Origin: Octopus vulgaris
Taxonomy: Eukaryota
Length of the DNA: 64,000 bases
Reading direction: 5' to 3'
Assembly: GCA_951406725.2 (NCBI GenBank)
Contig: OX597822.1
Coordinates: 73,036,001 to 73,100,000, forward strand
In this document: one piece after another, positions 14,465-29,270 of the stretch
Position numbering within the stretch: position 1 is the first letter of the stretch
Layout: each line of letters starts with the position of its first letter
Notes under the pieces: generated by a model
Told to the model about the DNA's origin: nothing
The model's input: only the letters and a program-made list of their open reading frames with translations
The model's database searches: none
Position numbers and translations under genes: made by a program

Positions 14465-15110
14465 TAATTTTGGCGCAAGACCAGCAGTTTCGGGGAAAGG
14501 TGGCGAGTCGATTACATTGTTCCTAGTGCTCAGCTGATATTTGTTTTATTGACCCCAGAAAGGATGAAAGGTAAAGTCGTCTTTAGTGAAATTCGGACCC
14601 AGAACGTAAAGACTGACGAAATGCCGCTAAGTACTTTGACCGGCGTGCTAACGATTCTGCCAGCTCGTCACCTGACGTTTTGCATACGTTGGTTTTAAGT
14701 TTTGCCCTGCATTTTCGGGTGAGGGGGTCAAAGTCGATTTCACCGAACCAAGTGTTCAGTTGGTACTTATTTTATGACCTCCAAAGGATGAAAGAGAAAG
14801 TCGACCACAGTGGAATTTGAATTCACAGCGTAAAGCCAGGCGAAAGGTCGCTAAGCATTTTGCCTGGTGTGCTAACGATTCTTATTTCTTTATTGCCCAC
14901 AAGGGACTAAACATAGAGGGGACAAACAAGGACAGACAAAAGAATTAAGTCGATTACATCGACCCCAGTGCGTAACTGGTACTTAATTTATCGACCCTGA
15001 AAGGATGAAAGGCAAAGTCGACCTCGACGGAATTTGAACACAGAACGTAATGGCAGACGAAATGCCGATGAGCATTTCGCCCGGCGTGCAAACGATTCTG
15101 CCTGCTCTCC
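14465..15110 (-). mobile_element. Cluster of three SINE family A copies
   Basis: Three repeats of aaaggatgaaag...aaagtcgacc...aatttgaa...gtgctaacgatt. Confidence 0.85.
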
Positions 15111-15199
15111 ACCTTTAGATTTCTACATATTAATAAAGTAAAAGTAGTAGCATGAGCCATAATCCTTACTAGTACCGGTCTTGTTTGTAGGTGAAGGTT

Positions 15200-16340
15200 A
15201 TTGAGATAGAACTGAATAGCTTAGACAACTTAACAAAATTGAAACACCAGAGAATTCGGGTTCGGCAGATGTTCTGTGATATGAACGTGAGATTTATTGA
15301 TTGTCTGATGAGAGTAGATACGATAAAAGCTGGTTAGAGGTTAAAAGAAAAGAGACAGAATGCTTCGGAGAGTTGATGTCTCGTCTCAGAGAAAAACATC
15401 GATATTTGAGAATAGTTAATAGTGCAGAAGATTTAGAACAAATGAAAATTTGGCCGCTGGTCCTGTAGCGTAAATGTGAGATGAGCTCCAAAACCTAGAT
15501 GAGTTCTGTACATTGAAATCACTGGGGAAGGTAAAGGCCGGGGGAACCGATTGAAAATAGACATTCTCGGTGAAGATTGAGAGATTAACCAATGACTGTT
15601 GTCCATTAACTGAGTCGGACTATGGAACCGACTGCATATAAGTATATACGAATGAGAATGCTAAATTTGGTCACTGTTATTGGACGTCTTTATTGCTCTA
15701 GTTCAGTTTGAAAAACTGGATTGCAAATTATATACATTCTGCAGAAGCACAGACAGTCTTGCAGTTTAAGAAAGATCGGTTTTTCTTTTTAATTTAACAA
15801 GATGAAAGCAAGAAAGTTATTATGCCCAGAAGCGACAAAAGGAACATATTAGGTTGAAATGAGTTATCCACGCAATTAGTAGACAAAAGCTTCCTCTAGT
15901 TATGATTAAATTTAAAATACCACGCGAGTGATATAATTTCAATAGTATCTCTCGTTTTTTTTTTTTTTTCACTAAAGGTTACCCTACGGGATTCGGGATA
16001 TTGTCTTTAACGCCAACAAGTGAAAGAGCAAGGAACATGTTTCGACCTTACAAGACCTCCTCTGATTAGCATATTCCATTCAATTAGTGAGATTTTTAAG
16101 TGATTACTAAATACTGAAATAGCGGAGAAATGGGGATGCTGCTATGAATAAAAACAGAGTTAAGGTAAAATAATCCAGAAGAGCAATTTACATACTAGGT
16201 TCGTATACGCTAAGATCTAATATATGTAGTATAGTGAATGAAAAAGCTTCCATCGTCTGAAAGTATCCATGTAATTAGTTGGAAAAATCTCCCTCTAGAG
16301 ATGTGCAAAAGCTATCACCGATAGACAAGGGCGATAGATC
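15200..16340 (-). pseudogene. Heavily decayed Penelope-like RT remnant
   Basis: Minus-strand ELISHLRYRTS...LKYRCF resembles the PLE thumb region. A degraded hammerhead-like CAGAGGA-GGTCTTGTAAGGTC-GAAACATGTT lies at about 16033-16065. Confidence 0.35.
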
Positions 16341-16351
16341 TAATGTCAACC

Positions 16352-16760
16352 CTTTTACTCTTTTACTTGTTTCAGTCATTTGACTGTGGCCATGCTGGAG
16401 CACCGCCTTTAGTCGAGAAAATCGACCCCAAGACTTATTCTTTGTAAGCCTAGTACTTATTCTACCGGTCTATTTTGCCGAACCGCTAGGTTACGAGGAC
16501 GTAAATACACCAGCATCGGTTGTCGAGCGATGTTGGGGGTACAAACACAGACACACAAACATATACACACACACATACATATATATACATATATACGACC
16601 GGCTTCTTTCAGTTTCCGTCTACCAAATCCACTCACAAGGCTTTAGTCGGCCCGAGGCTATAGTAGAAGACACTTGCCCAAGGTGCCACGGAAAGGGGAC
16701 TGAAACAGGAAACATGTGGCTGGTATGCAAGCTACTTACCACATAGCCACTTCTACGCCT
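16352..16760 (-). mobile_element. SINE family B, full length
   Basis: Reverse complement of the 39042-39460 copy, including the internal (CA/TA)n and (GTAAAAGA)n tail. Confidence 0.9.
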
Positions 16761-17080
16761 ATATGTTATATGTTATAAGAATGATATAGATGTTAAGCAA
16801 TATTAGAAGGAGTACTGATTGACCGCATGGTCATTGTTAATGGAAGTATATCTTAACTCATGATATTGATTTCAATGTTTGGCACAAGGCTAGCAATTTC
16901 GACCCAAGAACTCAACTAGCACTTATTTTAACGACGCCGAATGAATGAAAGGTTAAGTTAACCTCGGCAGAATTTGAACTCAAGACGTGAAGGCGGACAA
17001 AACACGCTACGCATTTTGCCCGGCGTGCTAACGACTCTGCCAGCTCGCCGCATATTTTTAAAAACTATATTACACATGTA

Positions 17081-18336
17081 CAGGGTGCGTAAGATATTTG
17101 AGAACCTGTTTATGCTTCTAAAAAAATAACAAATATTGCAGATAACATTATTTTTCAAAAACATCCTATGAGGATAAAAGTAAACCATCTTTTCTATAAT
17201 GTTATTCAATAGAGCTACCTTCAGGTTCAACAACTGCTTCTATATGAGATCTAAATCATCTACATTCTCGAATCAAGTGGTCCTCATTCATTTTGGTTAT
17301 TACTCTGACTATGGCAACTTTCAAAGTATCTTTGGTGTTATGAGTGTGTCCATTGACCTCCCTCTCAACAATGCTCCACATGTAATAGTCCTATGGACTC
17401 ATATCTGGGGAATTAGGAGGCCAAATGTTAGGGGTTATGTGATCATGAAAATGTTCAGCCATCCATTCCTGTATTACTAGAGCCATGTATGGTAGTGCAG
17501 AGTCTTACTGAAACACATATGGCCTTCCATTGTATATACTGTTTATCCAGGGCTTAACAATTATTTCCAGGACCTTAATGTAGGCAGCAGAGTTAGCTCT
17601 AAGGTCTTGTGGAAAGAAGTAAGGAGGCATCACATGTCCTTCATTGCTGACAACCCCTAAAACCATGACGGTTGCAGGAAATTTTGTATGCATAACACTT
17701 GGAAATTCGGAAGGGTCTGCACGTAACCTGTCATTTCTTCTTCTAACTTTTTGATCATGGTCGAAGTTTTTCTCGTTTGAGTAAAATCAAATCAAATCTT
17801 CTTCTGTCGGATTTTTCACTTTGTTTAAGAGACTTCTTATATCTAATGTACTGATTTTCTTTTGCATTTTCTGACAAATTGACCTTTCCTCATCATATAT
17901 GACTTATATCTGATGTCTTCGTAGATCACATTTCTGACTGTTCCTTCTGACACATGATCTTTTGCAATTGACCTCATGGACTTTCTGAGATTGTAATCAA
18001 TGGTCTGTTGAACTTGCTGGATAAATTCAGGCGCTCTGATGACTTCAGAGCGTTTAGAATACTTTTTTATGCTTTGGTACTGGTGATACGTTTCCATCTT
18101 CAGTCTCTGACTCCTTACAAAATTTGTAGACGAAAGATCTGGCAACTTTTAAAAATCGAGTTATTTCTAAATCACTATGCTCAGCCTTTATAACCACAAT
18201 AACAGCATGCCTCTTCATTTCTTGAGTAAGCTGAGGGTCTGCCATTATTATTTCCTGAAACAAAGATTATACAGAGTTAGTAAAAAATGTAGCAATGGCC
18301 CAAATAGAAATGTCCTCAAATATTTTACGCACGCTG
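17081..18336 (-). mobile_element. Tc1/mariner superfamily, maT (DD37D)-like transposon, full-length but decayed
   Basis: TIRs cagggtgcgtaagatatttgagaac / gtcctcaaatattttacgcacgctg flanked by TA. Frameshifted minus-strand transposase: HTH EMKRHAVIV, KFPATVMVLGVVSNEGHVMPP, YVFQxDSA, IWPPNSPDM. Confidence 0.9.
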
Positions 18337-18849
18337 TACTATGCATATATAGGCATATTTTTATTGGTGCTTCATACATACATACATACATACATACATA
18401 CATACATACATACATACATACATACATGGATTGGAAGCAAAATATGGAAGAATCGACAAATATGTGAATAAGTTTTATACGTCTTCTATAAATAATCTTA
18501 AAAGCTAATCAACCTATGTATCTATTTATCTATGCATCTACCTTTGTGTGTGCGTGTACGCGTGCGTGAGCGTCTGTATGTATGTGTGTACTCAAGTGTG
18601 CTGCGTGTGTGTGTGTGTGTATGTATATGCATATATGCGTAAACGTACAAACCAGGTCATAATACAAAAATCTATATTGTTAAGAACTATATTTTATGCG
18701 TATTGTTAAGAACTATAATTTATGCGTATCGCGTGTCGTAGACGACATGCACACTCACGCAACGCACGCACATGTGTAAATGGACATATTTAACCATGTG
18801 TATATATGCGTAAGTATTACATATGTGTGTGTATGTGTGTGTATTTATA

Positions 18850-19934
<1,085 letters not shown>

Positions 19935-20077
19935 GTATATGTATATATATGTGTGTGTGTGTGTGTATGTGTGTGTGTATGTGTGTGTGTGTATGTGTGT
20001 GTGTATTATATATATATGTACATACATTATATGTATGCATATATATTATATATGTATATATATGTGTGTGTGTCTGT

Positions 20078-20137
<60 letters not shown>

Positions 20138-20984
20138 TCACACACAAATGAGAACAAGCTCAGATTCGAATATAATCCTACATACCTGCATGACATACTA
20201 TATTCCTCCCACATATGCATTCTTTATATGTTATGTGTTTGTACATATGTGTATCAGAGAAGGAAAGAGAGAGAGAGAGAGTGTGAGATTGTGAGTGAGT
20301 GAAAGAAAGAGAGATATAGAGAGACCATAATTGTATGGGTTTTTCTCATGGTGGTTCCGTATCTCTTTGTGTACGTTTGTAGTTACACACGTCTGAGTGT
20401 GCTTTCGTTCATCGTACTTTACATTATGGATTTTCCTTCTTGCTTTTTCGTTCGTATCCTATAAGTGTTGCTGTTGTTCTCTATGTTGTATTATATGTGT
20501 TGTGATCTAAACACTAGACAGAAATATCCACGGAAGTATCTCATCAGTGAATTGAAAATAGTAATCATCTCTACAGGCAATGCTTTATGCGTAATTAAGA
20601 TATCACCCTGTAATCTCATTTCTAATCACATCTCATTAACATTTCACCCTATCACAATCGTACACTTACATAGGCGCGCACATGTTGATATCCATATGTA
20701 AATGTTTAAACAGGCGCATAAAGGAACACATCGTTTTTCAAACTGATATAAGATAAAGAAGTAAATACTCATTTGTCAGTATACACAGCGGGTGGAGATA
20801 CAGGTTTACTTAACACCTTCGTTGAATAATTCTTTGTAGATGGTATTATTCATCTAAAGAAGAAGCCGAACGTCAAATATAAAGTAACATTGTTCATGAA
20901 CGCTCAGCTCTTACAACACCCGTTCACTCTACAAGCATATATACATATACATATATATATATAGATATATATATATATGTGGTG

Positions 20985-21324
20985 GTGGTGACCCCCTTCG
21001 GTCAGACACTGACCATGGGTTTGCACCTAGAGAGTTACTCCCTGAGGCACAAGTCTGGGCAAGGTTGTTTTATGGAAGACCAGCAGTCGCCCATGCATAC
21101 CGGCCTCCCCTCTCCACGTCACCGATGTTGTCCAAGGGAAAGGCAAGGGCTGATACAGCTTGGCACCTGTGACGTCGCAACTCATTTCTACAGCTGAGTG
21201 AACAGGAGCAACGTGAAATAAAGTGTCTTGCTCAAGAACACAACACGCAGCCCGGTCCGGGATTCGAGCTCACAACCTCACGATCGTAAGCTCGACGCTC
21301 TAACCACTGAGCCACGCGCCTTCA

Positions 21325-21325
<1 letters not shown>
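20985..21325 (-). mobile_element. SINE family D (tRNA head plus CORE-like body), full length
   Basis: Minus strand: ggcgcgtggctcagtggttagagcg (A box)...gagctcgaatcccgg (B box)...cttgagcaagacactttatttcacgttgctc. Flanked by (TA)n. Confidence 0.9.
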
Positions 21326-21416
<91 letters not shown>

Positions 21417-21459
21417 TATATACATATGTGTGTGAGTTTATTGTGCATATACAAATGTG

Positions 21460-21506
<47 letters not shown>

Positions 21507-21510
<4 letters not shown>

Positions 21511-22105
21511 GCCCTGATGCAGTATAAATGCCCTGATGCAGTATAAATGCCCTGATGCAGTACCAGGCAGTGGCTCTCATGGCTTCTGATCTTAACTGTT
21601 TGGAAGTGTTTTCATGTACATTGTTTTGTCTTGGTATAAAAGATGGGCTACAGCAAATATTCTGCTCAATACCACAGATTTGCTTGTCAGTTGTTTGACC
21701 TTAACCAGTTGAGCATGTCCCTTAGTGGCTGACGATATGTGCATCTCTGATCACGAGCAGAAGTAGTGGGGGAGCATCATAGCCATGTGTTGAGAGGGAT
21801 TCTTTGGGGTTTGAATAGTTCACCTCTGGAAACATGGGTGGTTCTTTCAACATCCTTAAACAACCCTTATTCAGGGACCGTTTGAGCGGGATGGGCTACT
21901 CAACCTGAAGAAAATTCTAACTGGGCCCCACCTGCAAGGTCATGTGCTGTTTATCTTGATATGAGATCACCATGTCGCGCTCATATGGTTGTGATGCATG
22001 TGCCTGGTGTACCTTTATCAGACGGGTAGTCATGATGGGTATATTGGGTTTCGTATATTTTACCCCAGTGTCAATTTGATGGCATGAACTGCTCTCTCAC
22101 TCAAT
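21507..22105 (+). mobile_element. About 600-bp non-coding repeat inserted in (AAT)n (probable non-autonomous retroelement)
   Basis: Bounded by (AAT)n on both sides; a second, 5'-truncated copy follows immediately. Confidence 0.75.
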
Positions 22106-22126
22106 AATAATAATAATAATAATAAG

Positions 22127-22590
22127 ACATTGTTTTGTCTTGGTATAAAAGATGGGCTACAGCAAATATTCTGCTCAGTACCACAGATTTGCTTGTCAGT
22201 CGTTTGACCTTAATCAGTTGATCATGTCCTTTAGTGGCTGACGATATGTGCATCTCTGATCATGAGCAGAAGTAGTGGGGGAGCATCATACCCGTGTGTT
22301 GAGAGGGATTCTTTGGGGTTTGAATAATTCACCTCTGGAAACATGAGTATTTCGTTCAACATCCTTAAACAACCCTTATTCAGGGACCTTTTGAGCGGGA
22401 TGGGTTAGTCGACTAGAAGAAAATTCTAACTGGGCCCCACCTACAAGGTCATGTGCTGTTTATCTTAATATGAAATCACCATGTCGAGCACATATGGCAT
22501 GTGCATAGTGTACCCTTATCTGACTGGTACTCATGATGGGTACATTGGGTTTCGTATATTTTATCCCAGTGTCACTTTGATGGCATGAAA
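22127..22590 (+). mobile_element. Second, 5'-truncated copy of the (AAT)n-embedded repeat
   Basis: Near-identical to 21618-22088 from acattgttttgtcttggtataaaagatggg onward. Confidence 0.8.
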
Positions 22591-22930
22591 AAAAATTATA
22601 ATAATGATAATAATAACAACAACAACAACAACAACAACAATAATAATAATAATAACAACAACAACATTAATAATCCTTTCTACTATAGGTACAAGGCCTG
22701 AAATTTGGGAGAGGAGTTAAGTCGATTACATCAGCCACAGTACTCAGCTGGTACTTATTTTATTGACTCCGAAATGGTGAGAGGCAAAGGCGACCTGAGC
22801 AGAATTTGTACTCAGAAAGTAAAAGACGGACGAAATGCCACTAAACGCTTTCCTCAGCATGCTGACCATTCTGCCAGCTCGCCCTCTTAAATAAATGAAT
22901 AAATAAATAAATAAATAATTAAATAAATAA

Positions 22931-23026
<96 letters not shown>

Positions 23027-23107
23027 CCTTTCTAATAAAGGCACATGGTCTGAAATTATGAGGGGAGGGGACTAGTCGATTACCTCGACCCCAGTGTTCA
23101 ACTAGTA

Positions 23108-23930
23108 CCCTAATCCTGGAGTATAGTCCGCCCTTGAGTATAATACGCAGGGGATTTTTAGTGGGCTGTACCTCATAAAACCTAAGCTTTGTGTATAATA
23201 CGCACCCCTTCTCTAACTTGAGTCAAGGAGGTCTATATAACGTCCTTGGTTTGTAAAAATGTATACGGTAATGTCCTTCAGCATGTAACTTCATGTTTAA
23301 ACATAGCTGAATAAGATCTACGAGGCATTTTAAGGGCATGTAATGTATAAAAATGTTTCATTGGAGATGAAAGGAACAGGTTTAAGTCCCACTTATAAAA
23401 AACCCTAGTAAAGACCCACAGTAGTTCAAATATTTAATACTGGTATTTAATTATCTATTGTTTGCCACTGTAATGATGAAAACTGCCAATACAAACAGCA
23501 AGATAAACTATTTAGCGCTAAACTATTAAGCACAATTCGCGCGTAATTAAGCCAGCAGCATCTAGTCGAACAAACACTTCCGCGCATGCGTAATACAATA
23601 ATGGTGATGTTCTTGACTGTTATATGGGAATGTAAATATGTTTGCAAATTGTTTTTTGTTACATGTTATTCTGTGTTCTGAATACTTTTATTTTAATAAA
23701 TGTTGCTTACTGCAAGTTATGGATGGTTCTTTTATGACTTCGTTGCTTTCAGGCTTAGCTTAACGTATTTTCGCGCCCGACATCACAAAATGCGTCTGAA
23801 TAAACATTGCCGGACAGCAAATAGAGACTCAGACATTGTTTAGAAAATATACCTCGTATATAGTACACACTAGGGATTTTGACCTTTAAATTTTGGGAAA
23901 AAAGTCCGGATTATACTCGAAGATTTACGG
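23108..23930. mobile_element. Pogo/Tigger-like non-autonomous DNA transposon nested in a SINE A
   Basis: TIRs ccctaatcctggagtatagtccg / cggattatactcgaagatttacgg with duplicated TA. Removing the element restores the SINE sequence actagta|cttattttatcgac. Confidence 0.85.
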
Positions 23931-24229
23931 TACTTATTTTATCGACACCGAAAGGATTAAAGGTAAAGTCGACCTTGGCAGAAGTTGAACTCAGGACGTC
24001 AAAACGAACGAAATGCTGCTACAGTATTTTGTCCAGCGTGCTAATAATTCTGCCAGCTTCCTGCCAATAATATTGAAAATAATAATTTTCGTTTCATAGC
24101 CACAAGATTTCAAGACGTTGAACATTGAGGGCAAAACAAAGAACGAAATATACTGCAGAAAAATGTGTTTAACTTGATCAAAGGAAACTCAAAGAAAATA
24201 AGATATAACAATATTTATAAGAAAAGATA

Positions 24230-25100
24230 CAAAAGAAATTTAATATAATTACAGAATCGCCACAAACACTAAACAGGAAAAGACATGTTTCCCTTCCCTG
24301 CCAAATTAAGGTGACGCATCGGTTTTTCGCTGTAGACATGGCAGAAAGCCGGGATCGTCCAACATGTGACAACATCTGTTCGGCAAATTCCCAACGAACA
24401 GACAGGAACGCCGGTGTGCAAGACGGTTTCATAGACTTGAACACTTCTTAGACGAGTTTGGTTACTAGCGCTTGTGTTTCTGCAGAGATCGTGCTAAACA
24501 CGTAATGATCCCTGTAACATTGCCATATGAAAGATTTTTGAAGTTGCCCCTAATTCCTAATCTGAAAGTCAACAAGATGAGATTACTCAAACTCTTCTAA
24601 TCGATTTCCACTCGCAGACCACCGTCCCCTCGAACTCTATGCCGAAATTTGAAGTTGTTTTCCAGCTCCTGACAGAGTTCTGCGAGACCCCGATGGCATT
24701 TCAGATGCCAAGCGATAAATCTCGTTCTTTGCTTGGCTCATTATTGAAGTCTGGTTAAAGAGACAAGTTACGCCAAAGCATGACACACTAGAGACGAACA
24801 CATCAATTCTCCTGTTTTTTCACCTTCTTCAGTGCAGACCAAAATATTTCTGCTGGTGCATCATCAGAGTATGCTGGCGCATCATCAAGGACCTTATTCT
24901 GGGATTGCCATGATGTGGCAGGAGATTTATTTCTTGACAAGTGGAACTTGTCCCTTCCTTAAGAAGAGTCAAAATGTGCTTTCAAGTCTGATTATATGCT
25001 TCTTGTAGTACGCTGATAAAGGTATCAGCTACTTCTGTCCGACATTTCAGGGACAGATTTCTCTCAGCCTATTTATGAGTAAAATTGACTCGCGACTTTT
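24230..25100 (-). pseudogene. Decayed Tx1/L1-like LINE ORF2 C-terminus (zf-RVT region)
   Basis: Minus-strand frames give FQKSFIWQCYR, ETVLHT and WEFAEQMLSHVGRSRLSA, matching the Tx1-type C-terminal layout; stops and frameshifts present. Confidence 0.65.
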
Positions 25101-26278
25101 CCTCAGTTCTCTGTCTGCAGATTTTGTCTAAATCATTCACCAATCACTTTCATTAACCTCTTAGCCTAACAACCAAAATCACCGCTAGCTAAAATGGATT
25201 TACTCTGCAATACCCACTTTTACGATCACCACTTTGCCCAGTATGATATATGCTCCCGTACATAGCTGATTCCACTTCGCTATATCTAAAGTGTCCGATT
25301 ACATGTCATCTAGTCTCCCTCTCCACAATATAATCTTTGTTTGCCTCTGTCTCAAGTCGAAAAAATAACCTCTGGAGTTAATTCACTGTATCCATGAGTT
25401 TTTTGTGCGCGTCTGACTCATATTTACTTTCTTTCTGTTTTATGTGACTCGAATGACATTTCTTTGTTTAATTCAGGTGTTACTCTGGCGCTTTCTGAAC
25501 GAACGGTTTCAAATTTTCCAGCGCCGAAATCATAATGACCTTGCACATAAGCTAACCGGTGAACTGTGTTTAACTATGTCTGTTTTTCATTTTCATGAAA
25601 TACAGCCTTCGCTTATGTGTTGTACTTTTACATACACATACATGTATACGTGTATTCATATTTTTGCAGTGTTTATTGATTAATTTTGACAAGGAACATT
25701 GCCAACAGTTGTAGAGGAACTCTATAACCCACTATTGTTGGCAAATTTCGTATTTTATTGATGGGGAGATGCGGGGTCACATGTATGTAAGGCAGCACTT
25801 TATATGACGAAATTATATTAACCCTTTTGTGTTCCAGTGCATGTATGTACGTTTGCGTTTCCATATATATATATATGTATGTATAGACATATATATGTGT
25901 GTGTATTTGTATGTAAATGTACACGCGTGTGTGAGAATAAATATATCTATCTATCTATATATATATATACGTGTTTGTGCGTACGTGCATGTATATGTGT
26001 ACATGTGTGCATATGCAGATTCTATGAACGAAGTCTTACATTCCCCGGCGCCTATTGGAGTAATTTCCCTTCATTCAAGATTTTATTCACAGCGTTTTTG
26101 TTTATCTTAATAACTGATGATATGTAGAGCACACTTCAGCTCCGGCATCCGAAACTCTGAGTTTTATTATGACAACCAACTAACTGTCACGTATATTTAT
26201 AGATAAATTCTTCTATTTATAGATAAATTCCTCGTTCATTCTTTTGTTGTCATATTATTCTTATTATTATTATTAATA

Positions 26279-27300
26279 TCTCTTATTATAAAAGGCAGAT
26301 TTTATCTGCCTCCCTTTGTCTCTTATAGAAATCTACAATATAGGATTTCTTCAATTACAATTTACCTAGCATTTTTAAGAGTAGAATACATCGGGTCGTG
26401 CCAGGTCCAGTTTTTCAAATTTCAACCCCAATTAAGCAAAATTTAGAGAAAAAACTCACATTGTGGTGTGTAAGTGAAGTGCTTTTCTTAGTGTGCGCTA
26501 CAGCACACACACACGCACACACACACAAACGGAGCGAACTGCTTCACTGATGCTATCACCCTAATTTCTCCCACTTTCTCTTTGCAAGTGTACCTTAAAC
26601 CACAACTCAAAAAAAAACAACACAGCAAACAGAAACAAATAAATACATAACGATTTACTCCTCACACAATTTCTTCAATTAGAGTTTACCTATGATTTTT
26701 CAAAGTACTTCCATTCGGTCATGGCATACAAAATTTCTTTCAATTTCACCCCCATTTCAGAAAAAATTCGAGAAAACTAAATATTTTACCATTTCACTCT
26801 TTCACTCTGCATTCCCACTTCCTCTTTACACACATAGACACGCAAATATATAAATAAAATTGTAAGCTAAAGTGTGTGTGTGTGTGTGCGTGTGTGTGAG
26901 TGTGGTGTGTGTGTGTGTGTGTGTGCGAGGGTGCGTGTGTGTGTGTGTGTGCGTGTGTGACACGCGAACTTCAAAAGAACTTCGCGCGCTATCTACCTGG
27001 TTTGCCATTCCTCACACACACGCATACACATACATATATGACAGTGACAAACACAAACCTTTCAAACAACTACATACAAACACTCAAACACACACACACG
27101 TGTGTGTTTGTTATTAGTAAAAAAGGCGCCAAACACAACTCACTTCTCATTCGAACACATTTGCAAAAATACACCGACGGTCGGATTACCATAACAATAC
27201 AGAAAAGGTAAATTGGTTTTTAATTTACTTTCTGTCGTTAAATTTTGGTATAATTAATTGGCGAGCGTACTTCTGTTGTCAATTGTTGACAGAAAGAAAT
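26279..27300 (+). mobile_element. Helitron-like 5' portion
   Basis: Begins a|TCtcttattataaaagg, a typical non-autonomous Helitron 5' end. It has an internal duplicate (aatttcaccccaatt...agagaaaa) and no 3' hairpin of its own. Confidence 0.55.
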
Positions 27301-27442
27301 TGTAAGCTAATAAGGTGTGTGTGTGTGTGTGTGTGTAGGAAGTGAAGGATAAAAATATTGCAAGAAGTGGACAGATGTACATATATACATCCATACATAC
27401 ATGTGTGTGTGTATATGTATGTGTATTAATGTGTGTGTGTTA

Positions 27443-27799
27443 TCTCTATATAAAGCTGAAGTTGTCTGTGTGCGCCACGTTTGGTAACCTTCAACTAACA
27501 CTATCTCCTCCGAGACCCTGCGGCGCAAGTTGACCAAAATTGAGAGTATGATAGAAGAAGGGTTGCTCTTCCTTCTGTAGAACATAAAATTCAAATCGGA
27601 CCATGTTAACACGAAAAATTATTTACATCAAAAAGCTGCTTTTTTCTATGAAAATCCCTATTTTTTACGATTTTTTCACTGCTGTGTCGCCACTTTTCGG
27701 TATATTTCGACCAGAAAAATGTTCACAAAATTTTTACTTTTCAAAATTACAATTCCAGCGGGTCGAAACAAACCCGAGCAACGCCGGGCGATACTGCTA

Positions 27800-27800
<1 letters not shown>
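27443..27800 (+). mobile_element. Non-autonomous Helitron
   Basis: 5' a|TCtctatataaag; 3' hairpin cccgagcaacgccggg then CTAG|t; inserted between A and T with no TSD. Confidence 0.85.
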
Positions 27801-27878
<78 letters not shown>

Positions 27879-27884
27879 TATATT

Positions 27885-27917
<33 letters not shown>

Positions 27918-27921
27918 GTAA

Positions 27922-28006
<85 letters not shown>

Positions 28007-28019
28007 TATATGCATATAC

Positions 28020-28066
<47 letters not shown>

Positions 28067-28074
28067 TATATCGC

Positions 28075-29241
28075 ACGGCGATGGGAACGAGGTTTGCTCC
28101 CGTTTACGCCAACTCTGTAATGGGATACTTAGAACAACAACTCTACCTAGTGGTGGAGGTAAACTATAGCACTGGATTTAGAAAGTATATTGAAAAAGTA
28201 TGGAAGCGATACCTTGACGACTGCTTCATAATCTGGACAGAATCTCTAAATAATCTGGAAGAGTTCAATATCCTCCTGAACAACCTACACCCACCTCTCC
28301 AATTTACAAAGGAGATGAGTAGTACCAAATTACCATTCCTAGATATAATGGTAATTAAAAAGGACACTACCATCACCACAGATATATACTATAAACACAC
28401 AGACACACATCAAATTCCTGAATTTTAAGTCGTGACATCCACCACATACAAAACGCAACATCCCATACTGCCTAGCCAGAAGAATTTGTACCATTGTAGA
28501 AGATGCAAATATCAGGAACAAACGCCTAACAGAACTAAGAGAATTTTTGCTCAAACAAAAATACCCATCTCTACTTATAGAAAATGGCAAACAGCGGGCT
28601 ATAAAAATACCCATACAACAACTTAGGACAACCCAAGGAAGAGGAAAACAAGAACAAGTCATACCATTCATAGTGACACACAACTCATGTCACCAGAATA
28701 TCTTCAACATTGCCAAAGCAAACTTACCAATCATAGCTCAAAGTAATGAATTAAAAGATATAATCACGGATCGAGCTATGGTTCTCCTCTAAAGAAAAAA
28801 TTACTAACAAAGGCAAAATTTGACCTTAGCAACAAAGACCAAATATTCACTGTATCTAAATGCAATGATAGCCGTTGTGACACATGCCAATTCATACATA
28901 CCGGCCAATATATAAACACAAAAACCGGGAAAATATTCACAAACGCGAATATGAACTGCAAAAGCAGAAATTTAATTTACTGCATCAAATGTCAAAATTG
29001 TGAAGAAATATATGTAGGTCAGACGGGAAATGCACTATCAGAACGCTCACGTGTACACCGACAACAGATTAGAGACCCAGAAGTCCGTCAGATACCTTTG
29101 AGTAACCACCTAACAACATGTGGTGGGAAAATATATATAATATTTCCATTCTACAAATTACACAGCCCAAGTGAAATCGAGAGGAAAATCAGAGAAAAGA
29201 ATTTTATTGACAAATTCGAACCCAAGCTAAATAAGCAATAA
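28075..29241 (+). pseudogene. Penelope-like element (Neptune-type) RT plus GIY-YIG, 5'-truncated, frameshifted
   Basis: [48 protein letters not shown], linker CNDSRCDTC and NLIYCIKCQNCEEIYVGQTG. Frameshift at about 28413 and a junction at about 28790. Confidence 0.92.
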
Positions 29242-29270
29242 TATTAATACATAGAGGTACTACTTCCACT

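Noticed and set aside
21507-21562. Short direct repeats suggesting a CRISPR array
   Set aside because: 18-bp units are directly adjacent with no spacers; eukaryotic context with no cas genes.
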